A stretch of DNA of 64,000 nucleotides from Gekko japonicus. Taxonomy: Eukaryota. The stretch spans positions 868,608-932,607 of the forward strand of contig NW_015165833.1 of assembly GCF_001447785.1 (NCBI RefSeq). Direction: 5' to 3'. The notes beneath the pieces are model-generated. The model was not told where the DNA came from, searched no databases, and saw only the letters and a list, made by a program, of their open reading frames with translations. Of this stretch, positions 1 to 12,435 are shown one piece after another. How positions within the stretch are numbered: the first letter of the stretch is position 1; each line of letters begins with the position of its first letter. The position numbers and the translations under genes were made by a program.

Positions 1-702
1 CTGTGCTACCTCTTCCAATAACAGTATTGCTGAAAAATTCCTGTCCGTGTTGGCTTGGCACCTATGATGGACGCTCTTGTAATCCTGATTCCAAAGTGCT
101 CAGGTTTGCACAGTCGTCCAGTTCACAGTGTGAAAAGGTAACGTTGGAGGTCTATTAAATGTTCTAAAGCACTTTCTTGCCACCTTCTTGAGGTGGTGGT
201 TCCAGTCAGATTGTTTCATTTCTCTCACTTGGTGTGATGTCTGAAGGCACCGTTCTGGTGAAAATATGAACTCCAAGGCAGCTGCCGCTTGAAACTAGAG
301 AGCAGTTGCCTCCAAGAAGCAGCCTGGCTTTCCTTCAAGAACATGCTTTGTATGAAAGGGCTGTGGAGACCCTTGCAGTTGCAAAGACATTAATTCCTTT
401 TCTTAAAGCGTCTGACCTCAAAGGCCATCTTGCCTCTAGCTGGCAGTGCTGTGGTCTTGCTGTCTTTGTGCTTCTGGAGTTGGGCACTTAGCATTTCTTT
501 CATAGTTTGAAGAACACAAAAGGTCATTTCCATTTAGGCCGAGGCGCTGATCGCTGTAAAGCCTGGGTGCCATTATGGTGCAGACAAAGCATTCCGGTGC
601 CGTCTGGAAAGTCCAGCCTGGGCCTCTCTGACCAACAATTTGAGCCTCTGTATTAAGGATTTTTCTGTCTCTCTCATACACACACACTCCCAGACTTTAG
701 CT

Positions 703-1035
703 CAGGGATATCCAACCTTTTTAAACCTGTGGGCACCTTTGGAATTCTGACACAGGTTGGTAGGCACAATCACAAAATGGCTGCCACAGGAAGCGGAGCC
801 ACTGGCAAAATGTCAGGGAGGAAGGTGATGGGTAACTCTCATAGTAACTCTTCAACATTTCAGGCAGAAGCTGTGTTTAACAAGATGCCTTTTAAACTGT
901 GCAACCAATCAGAAGCCCTGCTGAGCACAAGCCCCACCTAACCCCACCCACTTTCTAAAAGCACCTGGCAGTTACCAGGTAAGGTTTTGGTAGGCGCCAT
1001 CATGACGCCCGTGGGCACCCTGTCGGGGACCTCTG
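703..1035. mobile_element. Non-autonomous hAT (Charlie-like) MITE
   Basis: Ends cagggatatccaacc...tcggggacctctg; degenerate 8-bp TSD ctttagct/ctttcact; homologous copy at 49431-49825. Confidence 0.7.
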
Positions 1036-1795
1036 CTTTCACTGCTTTATTAAGGTTGCCTTTGCATTGCTGGGTGCTGCCTGTCTGTGCCTTTTTCAGA
1101 GTTCAGTTTTGTAGGAATCCAAATGTAAATTATGACTGCTTCCTCTGGGAATAGCCAGGTTCTGTACATCTCCCCCACTGTCATTTGTGAAAGAAAACCT
1201 GGGGAAGCCAGAGGGGTGCATGCATGTGTGGTGGGTGGGACGCGGGAGTGGTAATTCTTGCCTCTCGCTCTCAAGGCAAATAGGCCTGTCAGCTTGGGAG
1301 AGGAATGTCTGGGCCAACAATTATTGATGATCATTACCCAACAAAACTGTGTGTTTGCATTTTTATTGGAAGAAAATTACTTGTAAACCACAGGGGAGCT
1401 AATGAATTTTTTTTTTGCTTTTAAAGCCATGTTGTATGTTTTATGGCTTGTTGTAAACCATCTGATTCAATTTATAATAGTGATAATTACCTCTGAATCA
1501 GTCATTCTGGAAAATAATCAGCACGTTCAAGGGGTGGTTTTTAGTGGATGGATTCTGGCAATGAGAGGGGAGACATGGGAGGAAGGGGGAGTGCATTGGA
1601 GGGACAAGCTGATCTCTGAGCTAGGGATGGAATCGGAGGGTGCTGTGCGAGCCTTCACAATCCTTGGCCCATCTCTTGCAGGACATCGGAGTGGCATTAG
1701 CTCCTTATATGCTTGCATTGCTCTTGCCCAGTAGTGTTGTGAAGTGGATTAAATGGAGCTGATTTATTCTTTTAATGAAGAGTTTGGACTGCTTA

Positions 1796-1844
1796 ACACA
1801 CACACACACACACACACACACGAGTCTCTCTCTCTCTCTCTCTC
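1796..1844. repeat. (CA)n followed by (TC)n microsatellite
   Basis: Directly visible. Confidence 0.95.
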
Positions 1845-1889
1845 CTGTAATCAGCGCCTACAGCTAAATTAATCTCCCAGGTGGGTTAC

Positions 1890-2089
1890 ACATGGAACTG
1901 AATCAGATCCTTGGTCCATCAAAAGTCAGTATTGTCTACTGAGACTGGCAGCAGCTCTTCAGGGTTATCAGGCAGAGATCTTTCATATTACCTACTATGT
2001 GATCCTTTCAACTGGAGATGCCAGGGATTGAACCTGGGACCTTCTGTGTGCTGACCAGAGGCAATTCCGTTGAGCCAGAGCTCTCCCCT
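1890..2089 (-). mobile_element. tRNA-derived SINE (Squam2/Anolis SINE2-like)
   Basis: Reverse complement gives ggggagagctctggctcaacgg...gaaggtcccaggttcaatccctggcatctccag (A/B boxes); same body as the copies at 25.1, 31.1, 37.9, 41.8, 46.9, 48.0 and 60.5 kb. Confidence 0.85.
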
Positions 2090-2454
2090 AAGGGTTATGT
2101 GATAAAACAGATTTGTTCTTCAGGCATAGGAATGGCTATATGCATAATGGCATGTAACGTTTCTGGTCTTGTGTGATACTGTTGGGCTCTGGAGGAGAGG
2201 AGACATGAGGACATGGTTAAACAAAGGGAGAGGAAAGCTTCAGAGCCAAGGGAGGAAATATTTGGGTGGCTGCTGAGTTAGAACCTTAGAACATGACCAA
2301 ATGAAGTTCTATCTAGTCCTGCTTTCTATTTCCAGCACTGGCTGCCTTTTAATGTTGGAAGCCAGCTCTTTGAACTTCTGAGGATTCCATGAGGATCCTT
2401 TGGAAAAGATTGAAGTCAGGGACACAAACCATCCATAAATATCACTCTCAGTGG

Positions 2455-2660
2455 GAGTTCATTGTTAAGTCTGGATCTGGGATTCACTACTGTGTTGTGG
2501 AAGCTTGCTAGGTGTCCTTGGGCCAGTCACACACACTCAGTTTAACCTACCTCACACGGTTGTTGTGAGGATGAAATGGATAAGGAGGAGGTTGTAAGCT
2601 ACTTTGGGTCCCCACGGGGGAGACAAGTGTGATGTCAATGAAGTAAATAAAAATAAAATG
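2455..2660 (+). mobile_element. Squam3/MIR-type CORE SINE, degenerate
   Basis: ccttgggccagtcac...cctacctcacacggttgttgtgaggat core with a (TAAA)n tail. Confidence 0.75.
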
Positions 2661-2692
2661 AATAAAATTCTTGCAAAAAGGAAACTAGAAGA

Positions 2693-3415
2693 AGAATCAT
2701 AGAGTTGGAAGGGATCTCCAGGGTCATCTAGCCCAACTCCCTGCACAATGCAGGAAATTCACAAATACCTCCCCCCCACGTCTCCAGTGAGTGACGCCTG
2801 TTCCATGTCCAGAAGATGACAAAAAACCTCCAGGATCCCTGGCCAAACTGGCCTGGAGAAAAAGTGCTCCCTGACCCCAAAGTGGCGATCAGCATTTCTC
2901 TGGGCATGTGAGAAAGGGCCACGAGAACTAAGCACTGAATGCAACCCTTCCTGCCCTCCTTCCCATGATCTGCCTAAGTTCACAGAATCAGCATTGCTGT
3001 CAGGTGGCCATCAAGCCTCTGCTTAAAAGCCTCCAAAGAAGGAGAGCCTCCTGTGGAAGCCTGTTCCACTGAGGACTCTAACTGTCAGGAAGGTCTTCCT
3101 ATTGTTTAGCCGAAAACTCTTTTTATTTAATTTCAACTTATTGGTTCTGGTCCAACCTTCTGGGGCAACAGGAAACAACTCTGCACCATCCTTTATATGA
3201 CAGCCCTTCAAGTACTTGAAGATGGTTATCATATCACCTCTCAGTTGCCTCCTCTCCAGGCTAAACATACCCAGCTCCTTCAACCTTTCATTGTAAGACT
3301 TGGTCTCCAGATCCCTCACCATCTTTGTTGCCCTCCTCTGGACATGTTCCAGCTTGTCTATATCGTTCTTAAATTGTGATGACCAAAACTGAACACAATA
3401 CTCTAGGTGAGGTCT
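2693..3415 (-). mobile_element. CR1 LINE 3' fragment (ORF2 C-terminus plus 3' UTR)
   Basis: [12 protein letters not shown]...KLEHVQRRATKMVRDLE...LGMFSLERRQLRGDMI in ORF 3023-3673; CR1 3' end ccttccaactctatgattct. Confidence 0.95.
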
Positions 3416-4107
3416 AAGAAGAAGAGTTGGATATATATCTTGCCCTTCACTCGGGGTCTCAGAGCAGCTTACAATCTCCTTCCCTTCCTTTCCCCACAAC
3501 AGACACCCTGTGAGGTAGGTGGGGCTGAGAGAGCTGTGAGAGAACTGCTCTTGAGAGAAGAGCCCTGAGAGAATTGTGACTGAATCAAGGTCACCCAGAT
3601 GGCTGCATGTGGAGGAGTGGGGAATCAAACCCGGTTTTCTGTTGACAGACCTGTGGTGGGGCGGACAAGACATGTTTATATAAATTATTAACAGATGAAA
3701 TTTCAGTTATTACTAAGCTAACTGCTAGATTTTGTGCTCAGGAGATTAAAGTGTGCATTAAATTTCAGTCCTGCCCCTTTAAGCCTTGACTTAGTTTCCT
3801 TCAGGAGGTCTGTTATACAGCTCTTGTTTCTCTAAAATTCCTTGGTTTAAATCTTAAAAATGGTCACCTACGATGCTATGTTATGTATGTTATAATCTCT
3901 TTTTTCTTTTCGATATAATTTTATTTAGTTTTTTGATACATTTTCTATTTTTATATTTTAACTGGAGTTTTTAACTTGTATATTTGCATACCTGAATAAT
4001 GTTTGATTCTTGTCAACTGGATCTGGTCGTGGACTGTAATATAATAAAAAAGCTAACCCGGTTTTCCCATTTGAGTCGGCTGCTCTCAACTACTACACCA
4101 CACTGGG
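3416..4107 (-). mobile_element. Squam3-type SINE with (CTT)n tail, split by a LINE insertion at 3640-4054
   Basis: Body 3416-3639 and head 4055-4107 match the copies at 5357-5635 and 35572-35853. Confidence 0.85.
3640..4054 (+). mobile_element. Non-LTR retrotransposon 3' fragment, probably RTE-X
   Basis: 12-bp TSD aacccggttttc (3628-3639 and 4055-4066); peptide remnant KLLTDEISVITKLTARFCAQEIKV resembles RTE-X C-termini; A-rich end. Confidence 0.6.
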
Positions 4108-5104
4108 TACACCAAACTAGTAACATGTAACAGTCATAGAGTTCTGCTGAGCAGAGAAGATCCCTCAGTGTGTCTTCTGGCTTTTCCATCTTAGTGCTGT
4201 TTTATGTTTGGTAGACACAATGGATTAGCTGAGAGGAGCCCTCCAAATACAAAGAGAAGCCGTTGTTCTCTTGGGATCAGATGTCCACCAAATTGTCTGC
4301 TTTCCTTCCTTTCCTTTAAATATCCACTACCTCCATTTCAAAGATTTCTGAGGATGGGAGCTGTTCTTACCCAGAAGTCCCTCTTCCTGTGTATGATCTT
4401 CAATATGTAAGTATGTAAATGCCATCAAGTCACAACCAATTTATGGTGACTTCATGTTCTTCTATACCTGCCTGAGTTATTTTCTGGTGGGGAGGTTAGA
4501 GCTTTTGTATTTGAGCTCTGTAGAGCCTGCCTACCGTTCTTGAGTGCCGAATACCATTCCTCACAAAACTGAAGTGACTCCTTGAGTTTGGGGAATCCTT
4601 TGCATGAATGGGTCAGTTTTGACTGGCAAGGCCCTTGGCGAAGGGATCTCAGCATCTTGTGTGAATTTTGAGAGTGGAAGTTTTCCTCAGATTCTCCATC
4701 AGGGCTTTTGGACGGGCTGACCCACTCAGCCCTGTCTACATCGCTGCTGCCATTCTTGGCTGTGCTGCTTTTCCCTGGAGACTTCAATTATTGTGGTATT
4801 TCTATGTGGTTGTTTTTTACTGTTACGGGTAAACCAGCATAAGTGCTGGGTGAATGGCAGAGAAGACTGGGATAAGTACATTTGCTTCCTTAGCTTACAG
4901 GCACGGTTTAGTAACTACGTGTCTCTCTTTGATAATTTCCTTTAAAAAGTTATGTATGTGTGCAGGAACTGTCTCTTAATAAAATAACCCCTGGGAAGAA
5001 GATTCCTGGTTTTCTGGAAAGTCAAGAATCCTCCCTTATTCTCTGAAATCTTGTTTTTTTACTGCTGACTTCTCACACTGCTGTGGTACAAAATATAGAG
5101 GAGA

Positions 5105-5212
5105 GGCTCCCCGCCTTGTGGAATGGCCAGCCTGAGGAGATCAGGGAATCTCCCGCTCTCCTGGCCTCCCACAAACTATGCAAAACTGAAGTATTCAAAA
5201 AGGCTTTTCTGT
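5105..5212 (+). mobile_element. L2 LINE ORF2 C-terminal fragment
   Basis: APALWNG.PEEIRESP...CKTEVFKKAF-like motif shared with the other L2 copies. Confidence 0.7.
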
Positions 5213-5356
5213 GCAGGTAATAAGGCTGCACAATACGAAACGGCTCACAAACGGACTTGAATAAATAACTTGGGTCTGCGCTGCTGTGTATAGCGTGTTG
5301 TAAGTAGGAACCTATTCTGTAATTTCTGGAGCACTTAATGTGCCATGTGTAGTGGT

Positions 5357-5635
5357 TTGGTGTAGTGGTTAAGAGTGCGGACTCTAATCTGGGAGAAACG
5401 GGTTTGATTCCCCACTCCTCCACTTCCACCTCCTGGATGACCTTGGGCAAGTCATAGTTCTCTCAGAGCTGTTCTCTCAAGAGCACTTCTCAAAAGAGTT
5501 GTCTCAGCCCCGCCTACCTCACAGGGTGTCTGTTGTGGGGAGGGGGAGGGAAAGGAGTTTGTAAGCCGCTCTGAGACTCCCTTGGGTAGTGAAGGGCGGG
5601 GTATAAATCCAATCTCTTCCTCTTCTTCTTCCTCT
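5357..5635 (+). mobile_element. Squam3-type SINE, full length
   Basis: A box tggtgtagtggtt, B box gggtttgattccc, CORE region, tail tataaatccaatctcttcctcttcttctt. Confidence 0.9.
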
Positions 5636-6244
5636 TATGCTATGCTTCTGTTTCTTTCTGGTGACTCCAGACTTCTAATCTCCTAATGCATTAGTTATTG
5701 AATGCCCCATTTTGTGTAATCCACCTTGAGTCCCTGTGAGAAAGGTGGACTATAAATAACATAAATAAATAAGAAATAAGAGCCCCCAAAGTGGAGATGT
5801 TTGAGGCCTGGGTTCTGCCTTGCTGGTGATTTCCTGCTAAAATCCTTGGCAGTTTCAGATGGAAACTGCCCCCCCCCATCGGCCCAACCTTAAGGCTATG
5901 GCTTGCTATGTGACAAGGCTTTGGGTGAATACTCCTTTTTCCTTTGGAGCTTTTTCAGTTTTTTGGCCCGGATTGGAAGCATGAAGGTGTTGCCCCATCC
6001 CCAGTTATGTCAGTTCATCATATTCCTGAAATTGGATTTTCTGGGAAATACAATGCTGGGAATTGAAGATCCTTTGAAAACAATCTGTAGGTCTTTCCTG
6101 TAATGGAACAGAGAGAAATCTTTGAGTGTAAATTATGGGTGTGGTTGCTGAAGGAGCTGCTGCTCAGAAAGGAGCACACAGATTGGAGAAGCTTTCAGGC
6201 TGCGGTCACACTGGCAGCTTGGTGCGGTATGGTGGCACCTCTAA

Positions 6245-7140
6245 TTTAATTTATTTATTTTATTTCATTATATTTCTATCCCACCCTCCCCGCGAACGGG
6301 CTCAGGGTGGCTCCCAGTTTAGGGCACCATGTGCCAAATATAAAAACAGATAAGACAAGATAAAAACAACCGTGTCTTACAATAAAGTGCTCAGTGATAT
6401 TAGTCCTTTAATCGCACTTAGATGGCGTACTGTAAACACAAGGTCCCGATTCAGCGGTGATTGATCTATCGCAATGTTGTGGCTCGATCTTCATATAGGG
6501 CCAACCCACTACCCTGTTGTTACTAATGATAATAGTTGGTGGTAGTGGTTGTGGCGCTCCTAATTAAAAGCCTGGCGGAAGAGCTCCGTCTTGCAGCCCC
6601 TGTGGAACTGTAAAAGGTCTCACAGGGCCCTGATTTCCTCCGGGAGCTCATTCCACAAGGTAGGAGCCATCACCGAGAAGGCCTGGTTGCAGCGAGCCAC
6701 CACTGAGAAGGCCTGGTTGCAGCGAGCCTGGCCTCCCTGGGGCCTGGAATCACTAGCCGATGTTGTGATGCTGACCGTAGTGCTCTCTGGGGTATGTGTG
6801 GGGAAAGGCGGTCCCTCAGGTATGCCGGACCCTGGACATATAGGGCTTTAAAGGTGAGTACCAGCATACCGAATCCTTGAAGTGGATTCGGTATGCTATT
6901 GGCAGCCAGTGCAGTGCTCTCAGCGCAGGCCGGATGTGCTCCCGTCTAGTGAGGCCCATCAAGACTCTGGCCGCAGCATTCTGCACTAGCTGCAGCTTTT
7001 GTCGAACGCAGCCAACAGGTCTAACAACAGCCACACCACCTCAATCCAGATGCTTCTGGAGGTCGTCAGTAAAGACGACCAGCGCTGTCCAGGCGAAAGC
7101 CAGACTGGAAGGGATAATTGTACCTTGAAAGTGTTGCAGG
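6245..7140 (-). mobile_element. L2 LINE 3' fragment with internal deletions
   Basis: KLQLVQNAAARVLMG...LHWLPIAYRIHFK, VLTFKALY..GPAYLRDRLSP; L2 tail ccctgagcccg...(TAAA)n. Confidence 0.92.
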
Positions 7141-7804
7141 GCATATCATCCAGACAGCACACCCTGCTGCGAGTTACCCACACTGCCATCCCATGGTCAA
7201 ACATCCACATTACTGCAGCACCTCAGCCACGGAGTGCGCTGCCTGGTCGGTTTTTAAAATGTAAGGACGCACATATGCTATCATGTGCACGTGTGCATTT
7301 GTGCTCTATGCACATATAGGCAAAAACTTTTTTAAAACCTAGCAACGGAAACGGATCTGCAAGTTCAGACATCCCTTCTGGGTTCCTTTCACTGTAGGAG
7401 AGTTCAGACATTGGAAAACCCAGAGGGAACCCCAAACAACCCATTATTACTGGACTTTCTCTGGTACCTGTTTATTCTGCTTCCATTGCTGTGGCCCTCA
7501 GCAGGGGCCAACAGCTCCTACACCCGGGGGACAGCTACTGCATGCCGTGGATCAGGCTGCTGCAGCTGGTGGGTGGGTCCTCATCTGTTGCTGAGATCCC
7601 TTGTCTTCCCCTTCCCCCCTCTGTTCTCAGCTCCACCAAAGTGCAAAAGGTCTCCCAAGTTTTTCCTTGGGGTGAGCTTTCTTGTAGAAATGAATGTGTC
7701 AAAGAACAACTCCTCATGTTCCTCCTTCCCCTTCTTTTATGGTCTCTGGGGATTTTGTGTCAGACTTTCACAAAAGGCAGTGCTCTAACTGTATGCGAAG
7801 AGGG

Positions 7805-8155
7805 AACGGCTTCAAGAGGGAACAGGATAAACATAAGGAGCAGACGTCCAACAGTGGCTATTAGCCACAAGGTATAGATAGGAAGGGCCGCGGTGGCTCA
7901 GAGGTTAAGACGGTGAGCTGCAGACCGGAAGGTCGGTAGTTCAGCAGTTCGAGACCCAGGTGCCGTATGATGGAGTGAGCTCCCATCTCTGGCCCCAGCT
8001 CCTGCCAACCTAGCACCAAAAGGAAGAAATTGCAAGTAGATAAATAGGTACCACTTCGGTGGGAAGGTAACAGCATTCTGTGAGCCTTGGCATTTAGTCA
8101 TGCTGGCCACATGACCACGGAAATGTCTTTGGACAGCGCCGGCTCTTCGGCTTGG
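7805..8155 (+). mobile_element. CR1-3'-fragment::Sauria SINE chimera, copy 1 (3' end missing)
   Basis: 7805-7884 reads NGFKREQDKHKEQTSNSGY* (CR1 ORF2 end); 7885-8155 is Sauria head and core (cctgccaacctagca...gcaagtagataaataggtacc). Confidence 0.85.
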
Positions 8156-9524
8156 CAGCCAAAACCCCACTGCCTACTAGTCAGTTTCCTCAGGTAAAGA
8201 AAGAGGACTTACGGTGTCTGTCAGCCCCATGCTTCTCAGAATTTACTTTTTGTTGCAAACACAGCTGGGATCTTGTGACGATTCATGCATTCCCTCAAAA
8301 TCTCAGCTTGTGCTTCGTTTCTTACCATTTCTTTTGATCAAGAAATCTATTCTGTGAAAAATGACAGAAATAGCTGCCAAGAGAAGTTGCTTCCAATGAG
8401 TTCCAGGTATCCTGAAAAGGGAGGGGTAAGCTTTGTCCAGTTCTTGTAGCCTCTTAACTTCATGTCCCCTGAGTGAGATGACTCCTTCCCTCAGAGCTTC
8501 CAATGCATCCCCAAATCTTTGGGAGAGCTGCCCACCCCCCACCCCCCTTCACAAACATATGGAAGCTAATCAAAGAGGCAATTGTGGTGTTTTGCAAGGA
8601 GCGTTAATTGGTGAGCGAGAGAGATCATGGATCTCTTAGAAAGGCAAAGTGTTTTGGAACTCGTTATAGTCCCCCTTCTTAATTAAGTGAATCAAATAAG
8701 GACTTAATTGGGATGTAATAGATGCTATTACATGTTTAAAAACCGGGGGATTATTAAGCGTATATTTAAAACAAACATTTTAAAGCTGTGTGCCTGGTAT
8801 ACAATCATGCAATCTCAATAAATAACACTAAAAATAGGAATTAAATGTGGTTATGCATAACAAATGTGAGCATCTTTCGAAGTACTGGGTGTGGGAAATG
8901 ACGGGCATGCCTTTTAAGGGAAATGAAACTGAGGTTAATCAGAAGGCCTCGTAACATGACAGCTATAGGCTGGGAGGCCAGCTGTTCTAGTTCAGAGTGT
9001 AGATCAGTGATGTGGGTTTTCTGGAAAAATTCGAATTGGATATATTTTTGTTTGGAATATTATCTGATGCCCTAAATGACCTGATTTAGCGTACTTATTC
9101 TGACATATTTAATAAACACATTTAGAAGGTCTCCCATGATGACACATCCATATTTGAACTTAAATATTTGATTAGGAAAAAAAAAATCAAGTGTGGGTTA
9201 AACGTTCTAGTCAAACATGTTCAAAGCATTATGCAGAAATTAGTTTCATTGGAATAGTACTTGTAGAAATTTAAATATAATACAGAGTGTTCTTCCCATA
9301 TATTGTTCAAAGAAAAAAAAAGGCACTAAAATCATTGGCACACTAATTTTAGCACAGTCAAAGAACTGTGCATCATGTGCCATGGGCATAATTGGGAACT
9401 CATCTGTTTGAAGCAAAATTTAATTCTCCTCCATGGAGGTCACGGGGCACCTTGATTTCACTGTCACACTCTTGGGCATCACTTGCATTGCTTGCTAGTG
9501 CCAGTTCAGATTGGTGATCACAGC

Positions 9525-9851
9525 CAGGGTTGCCAGCCTAGTGCCAGCAGTCAGTGAGAGTCGGGGATGCGGAGTGGAGGGAGCCTGATGGAACAGCATC
9601 GTGCAATATTGCAACATCACTTCTGTTTGCATAACCAGATGACACCATGTCACATGATGTTCCAAGACCCCCCTTCAACTCTATGGTACAAACGTGATGT
9701 GGCAGTGCCACTTCCAGGTTCCTAGCCAGAAGTGACATTGTGGCATCACATGATGCTTCTCCCTTAACCCCAATTTGTCACCCTGCTGGTCCATTTGACT
9801 GCCAGCAGGAGGCAGGGAGCATCCGTGGGGGATCCCGTGCTCCTAGTCCTA
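9525..9851. mobile_element. hAT (TAGGGTTGCC-end, Blackjack-like) MITE, old
   Basis: cagggttgcca left end; TSD atcacagc/atcacagt; internal imperfect palindrome. Confidence 0.65.
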
Positions 9852-10474
9852 ATCACAGTATCATCACATGAGATATATCATGAGATATCAATAAGAATTC
9901 TAACTTTCTTTTTGATTTGATGCACACAGCCAATCAGTTAAATCTTTCTTATTTAATTATTTTTACTTTTCATATTTTTCTGCAAACTTAGGCTTCCCCT
10001 ATCTGAACATGGGTGTGTAGTGTGGATTTTTTGGTCTACACTGTAGTGCCATTGTTCAGAATTAGACATCGTGATTTTAGCTATAGTTTTGATTTGACCT
10101 GCACAGCCAATCTGATGAATTTGTAACTTGACTTTTTAATTTGGACTATTACATATGTTTGTGGTTTCAGCTCCTCCCCCACAAATTCTGCTGGTATTAA
10201 GCAGAGAAGGGAATGAGAGAGTAAGTTGATTGGTGACATTCCCCCCTCCCCATAGAGTCCCAAAGTGATGTTGTGTTAGAAGCTAGATTTCTTGTGTAAA
10301 TTCATCAAAGTTCTTCTCCATTGCCCTGGCGTAGACGGCCTAGGCTAGCCCGATCTTATCAAACTTCGGAAGTTAAGGAGGTCAGTCCTGGGTAGGAGAC
10401 CTCTAAGGCAGTCCAGGGCTCCTACGCAGAGGCAGGCAATGACAACCACCTCTGTTTGTCTCTTGCTTATGGGA

Positions 10475-11441
10475 CAGGCCTGTAGCCATGGTGGGGCATT
10501 TCGGGGCGAAGCCCCACTAGGAATGAGCCCTGCCCCACACCAGGAGGATGCCAGGCCCCCCAGGCCCCCCCATCCCTGCTGCACCACGCTTCTTAACCCT
10601 GCCCCTCTGTGGCCTCGAGGGCTCTTCCAGGGAAGCTGCCCTGCTGCTTCTGGCCAGTTTCACTCCCCTCTGATCAGCTGTTAGGTTTAACAGCTAAACA
10701 GAGCGAAGTGAAACTCCCTTTCCCTCCCCAGCCTCACCACCACCACGGGGGGGGGGGGGGGGCTGGGGAAGGAAAAAGAGAAAAAGAAGGCATGCCCCCC
10801 CTCTCCTTCCCCAGCTCTCTGTCCTGCAGTGGCAGGGAGACTGGGGGAGAAAAGGGAAGCTGCCCTGCCACTTCTGGTCAGTTTCACTCCTCTGGGATCA
10901 GCTGGTAAATCTAACAGCTGAACAGAGGGGAGTGAAACTGACCAGAAGCGTCAGGATGGCTCTGGAAGGGAATGCTCCTAAGGCCCCGGTCACACGGGAG
11001 GTTTTGCCCCGCAAGAGGGACGGATCGGGGACGCATCAAACGGGCACGATCACACCGCAACATCTGGGAAGCGGAGTGCACCGTTCCCCTATCTGTCCTT
11101 TCCGGGGGGAAACGCGCAGCAAAAAAGAACCTAGAAAAGAGTACTACCTACTTGAAGCTCCGCAGTAAGGGCGCCCGTGGGATCGCCGGCGCACCCATCT
11201 TCCGCAGCATTCGAGGCTCCCGGCCAAACTGCGCATGCGTGCACATGCGCAGCCGGCTGCCTCACTCTCCATCCCGTGGCTTCCCCCCCCCCCGCCCATC
11301 GTCCGTGCGGGGGGGCCCACCGCGGCGACCCCCCCCCCCGTGTGACCGGGGCCATAGTGAACTTTCTGGGGAGCTAATGTAATCTAATTAAGTTATCTGC
11401 TCCCCTGCCCCACCAACCAAAATTTTCTGGCTACAGGCCTG
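10475..11441. mobile_element. Non-autonomous hAT element with GC-rich interior
   Basis: Perfect 14-bp TIR caggcctgtagcca/tggctacaggcctg; right end homologous to the element at 33369-34501. Confidence 0.85.
10982..11353. mobile_element. Nested MITE, PIF/Harbinger-like ends
   Basis: Perfect 17-bp TIR ggccccggtcacacggg/cccgtgtgaccggggcc; TA-containing flanks; CpG-rich (young). Confidence 0.75.
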
Positions 11442-12238
11442 TTCTGAGGTTGCCATGAGTCAGCTGGGACTTGATGACACTTTCCACCACTTCTCCATTC
11501 TCGAATGGTGCGCATGTTTCCCAGTGGATTAAATGAAAGCAATCGTGAGCTTCTTTGGGCTGCTCAGCATTCCATTGACATTGCAATTGGAGTGAATGCA
11601 TTTTCAATCCAGGCAGCACTGCGCAGGTAAGCTAGAGTGCCCCATGGTTGAGAGTTTCCCTCCTGATCAGGCTTTAGCAAGTGCTGTGAAAGTTGTTGTG
11701 GCTGTCCTCTTGCTTTACATTTCAAATGCCTTATTGTCCCACGGCTGAAGATCCCTTCTTTGGGAAATTTATGTACTTCTCTCCCCCCCCCTCTCTGGCT
11801 AAGCAAGGAAGGTGCTGGAATAAACTGCAGCTGTGTCGGGAGTAATTACAGCTGTGGATTCTTGTCAAGGGCTCTCTTGTCTGGCTCCGCTGCCATCTGC
11901 GACATACTGAATGCAGAGATCGTTGGAGTCTCGGGCGTTTAATGTAGAGAATAATTCAAGAGCTCTAGATATTTATGGTAAATTATTTAACTTTACAGTT
12001 GGATTTTATAGCCTCATCATTCCACGTGCGATGGATCCTGTTGTGTTGGCATTTTTTACCTTGGCTTTTCCAGCTGCAGGAGAAGGGCACAGAGGTGGAA
12101 GGAATATGAGAAATGCCTCTGAGAAGTGTGGAAGGCCCGAGCCTGCCTCTCCCATCTTGTGCCCTTCCCACACACGGTCCGTAACTTTATTGGCCCCTTC
12201 TTAAGCAGGAAAACATAACTGGCTATTACAGTCATGCC

Positions 12239-12435
12239 TACAGTTGTCGTACCAGGTGGGGCTTGGAGGTCTCCCGGAATTACAGCTGATCTCCTGACTA
12301 CAGAGAGCAGTTCCCCTGGAGGAAATGGCAGCTCTGGAGGGTGGACTCTATGGTATCCTATCCCTGCTGAGGTCTCTCCCGAGGCTCCAACCTGCAAATT
12401 GCTGGGAATTTCCCAACCTGGGGTTGACAGCCCTA
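12239..12435. mobile_element. Short hAT Blackjack-like MITE
   Basis: Same body as 42307-42524 and 56947-57143; TSD gtcatgcc/ctgatgcc. Confidence 0.75.

Larger units (their letters stand above)
10323..11490 (+). mobile_element. 5S-rRNA-derived SINE split by a hAT insertion
   Basis: Head and body 10323-10474; tail ggttgccatgagtcagctgggacttgatgacactttccaccac resumes at 11442-11490. Confidence 0.8.
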
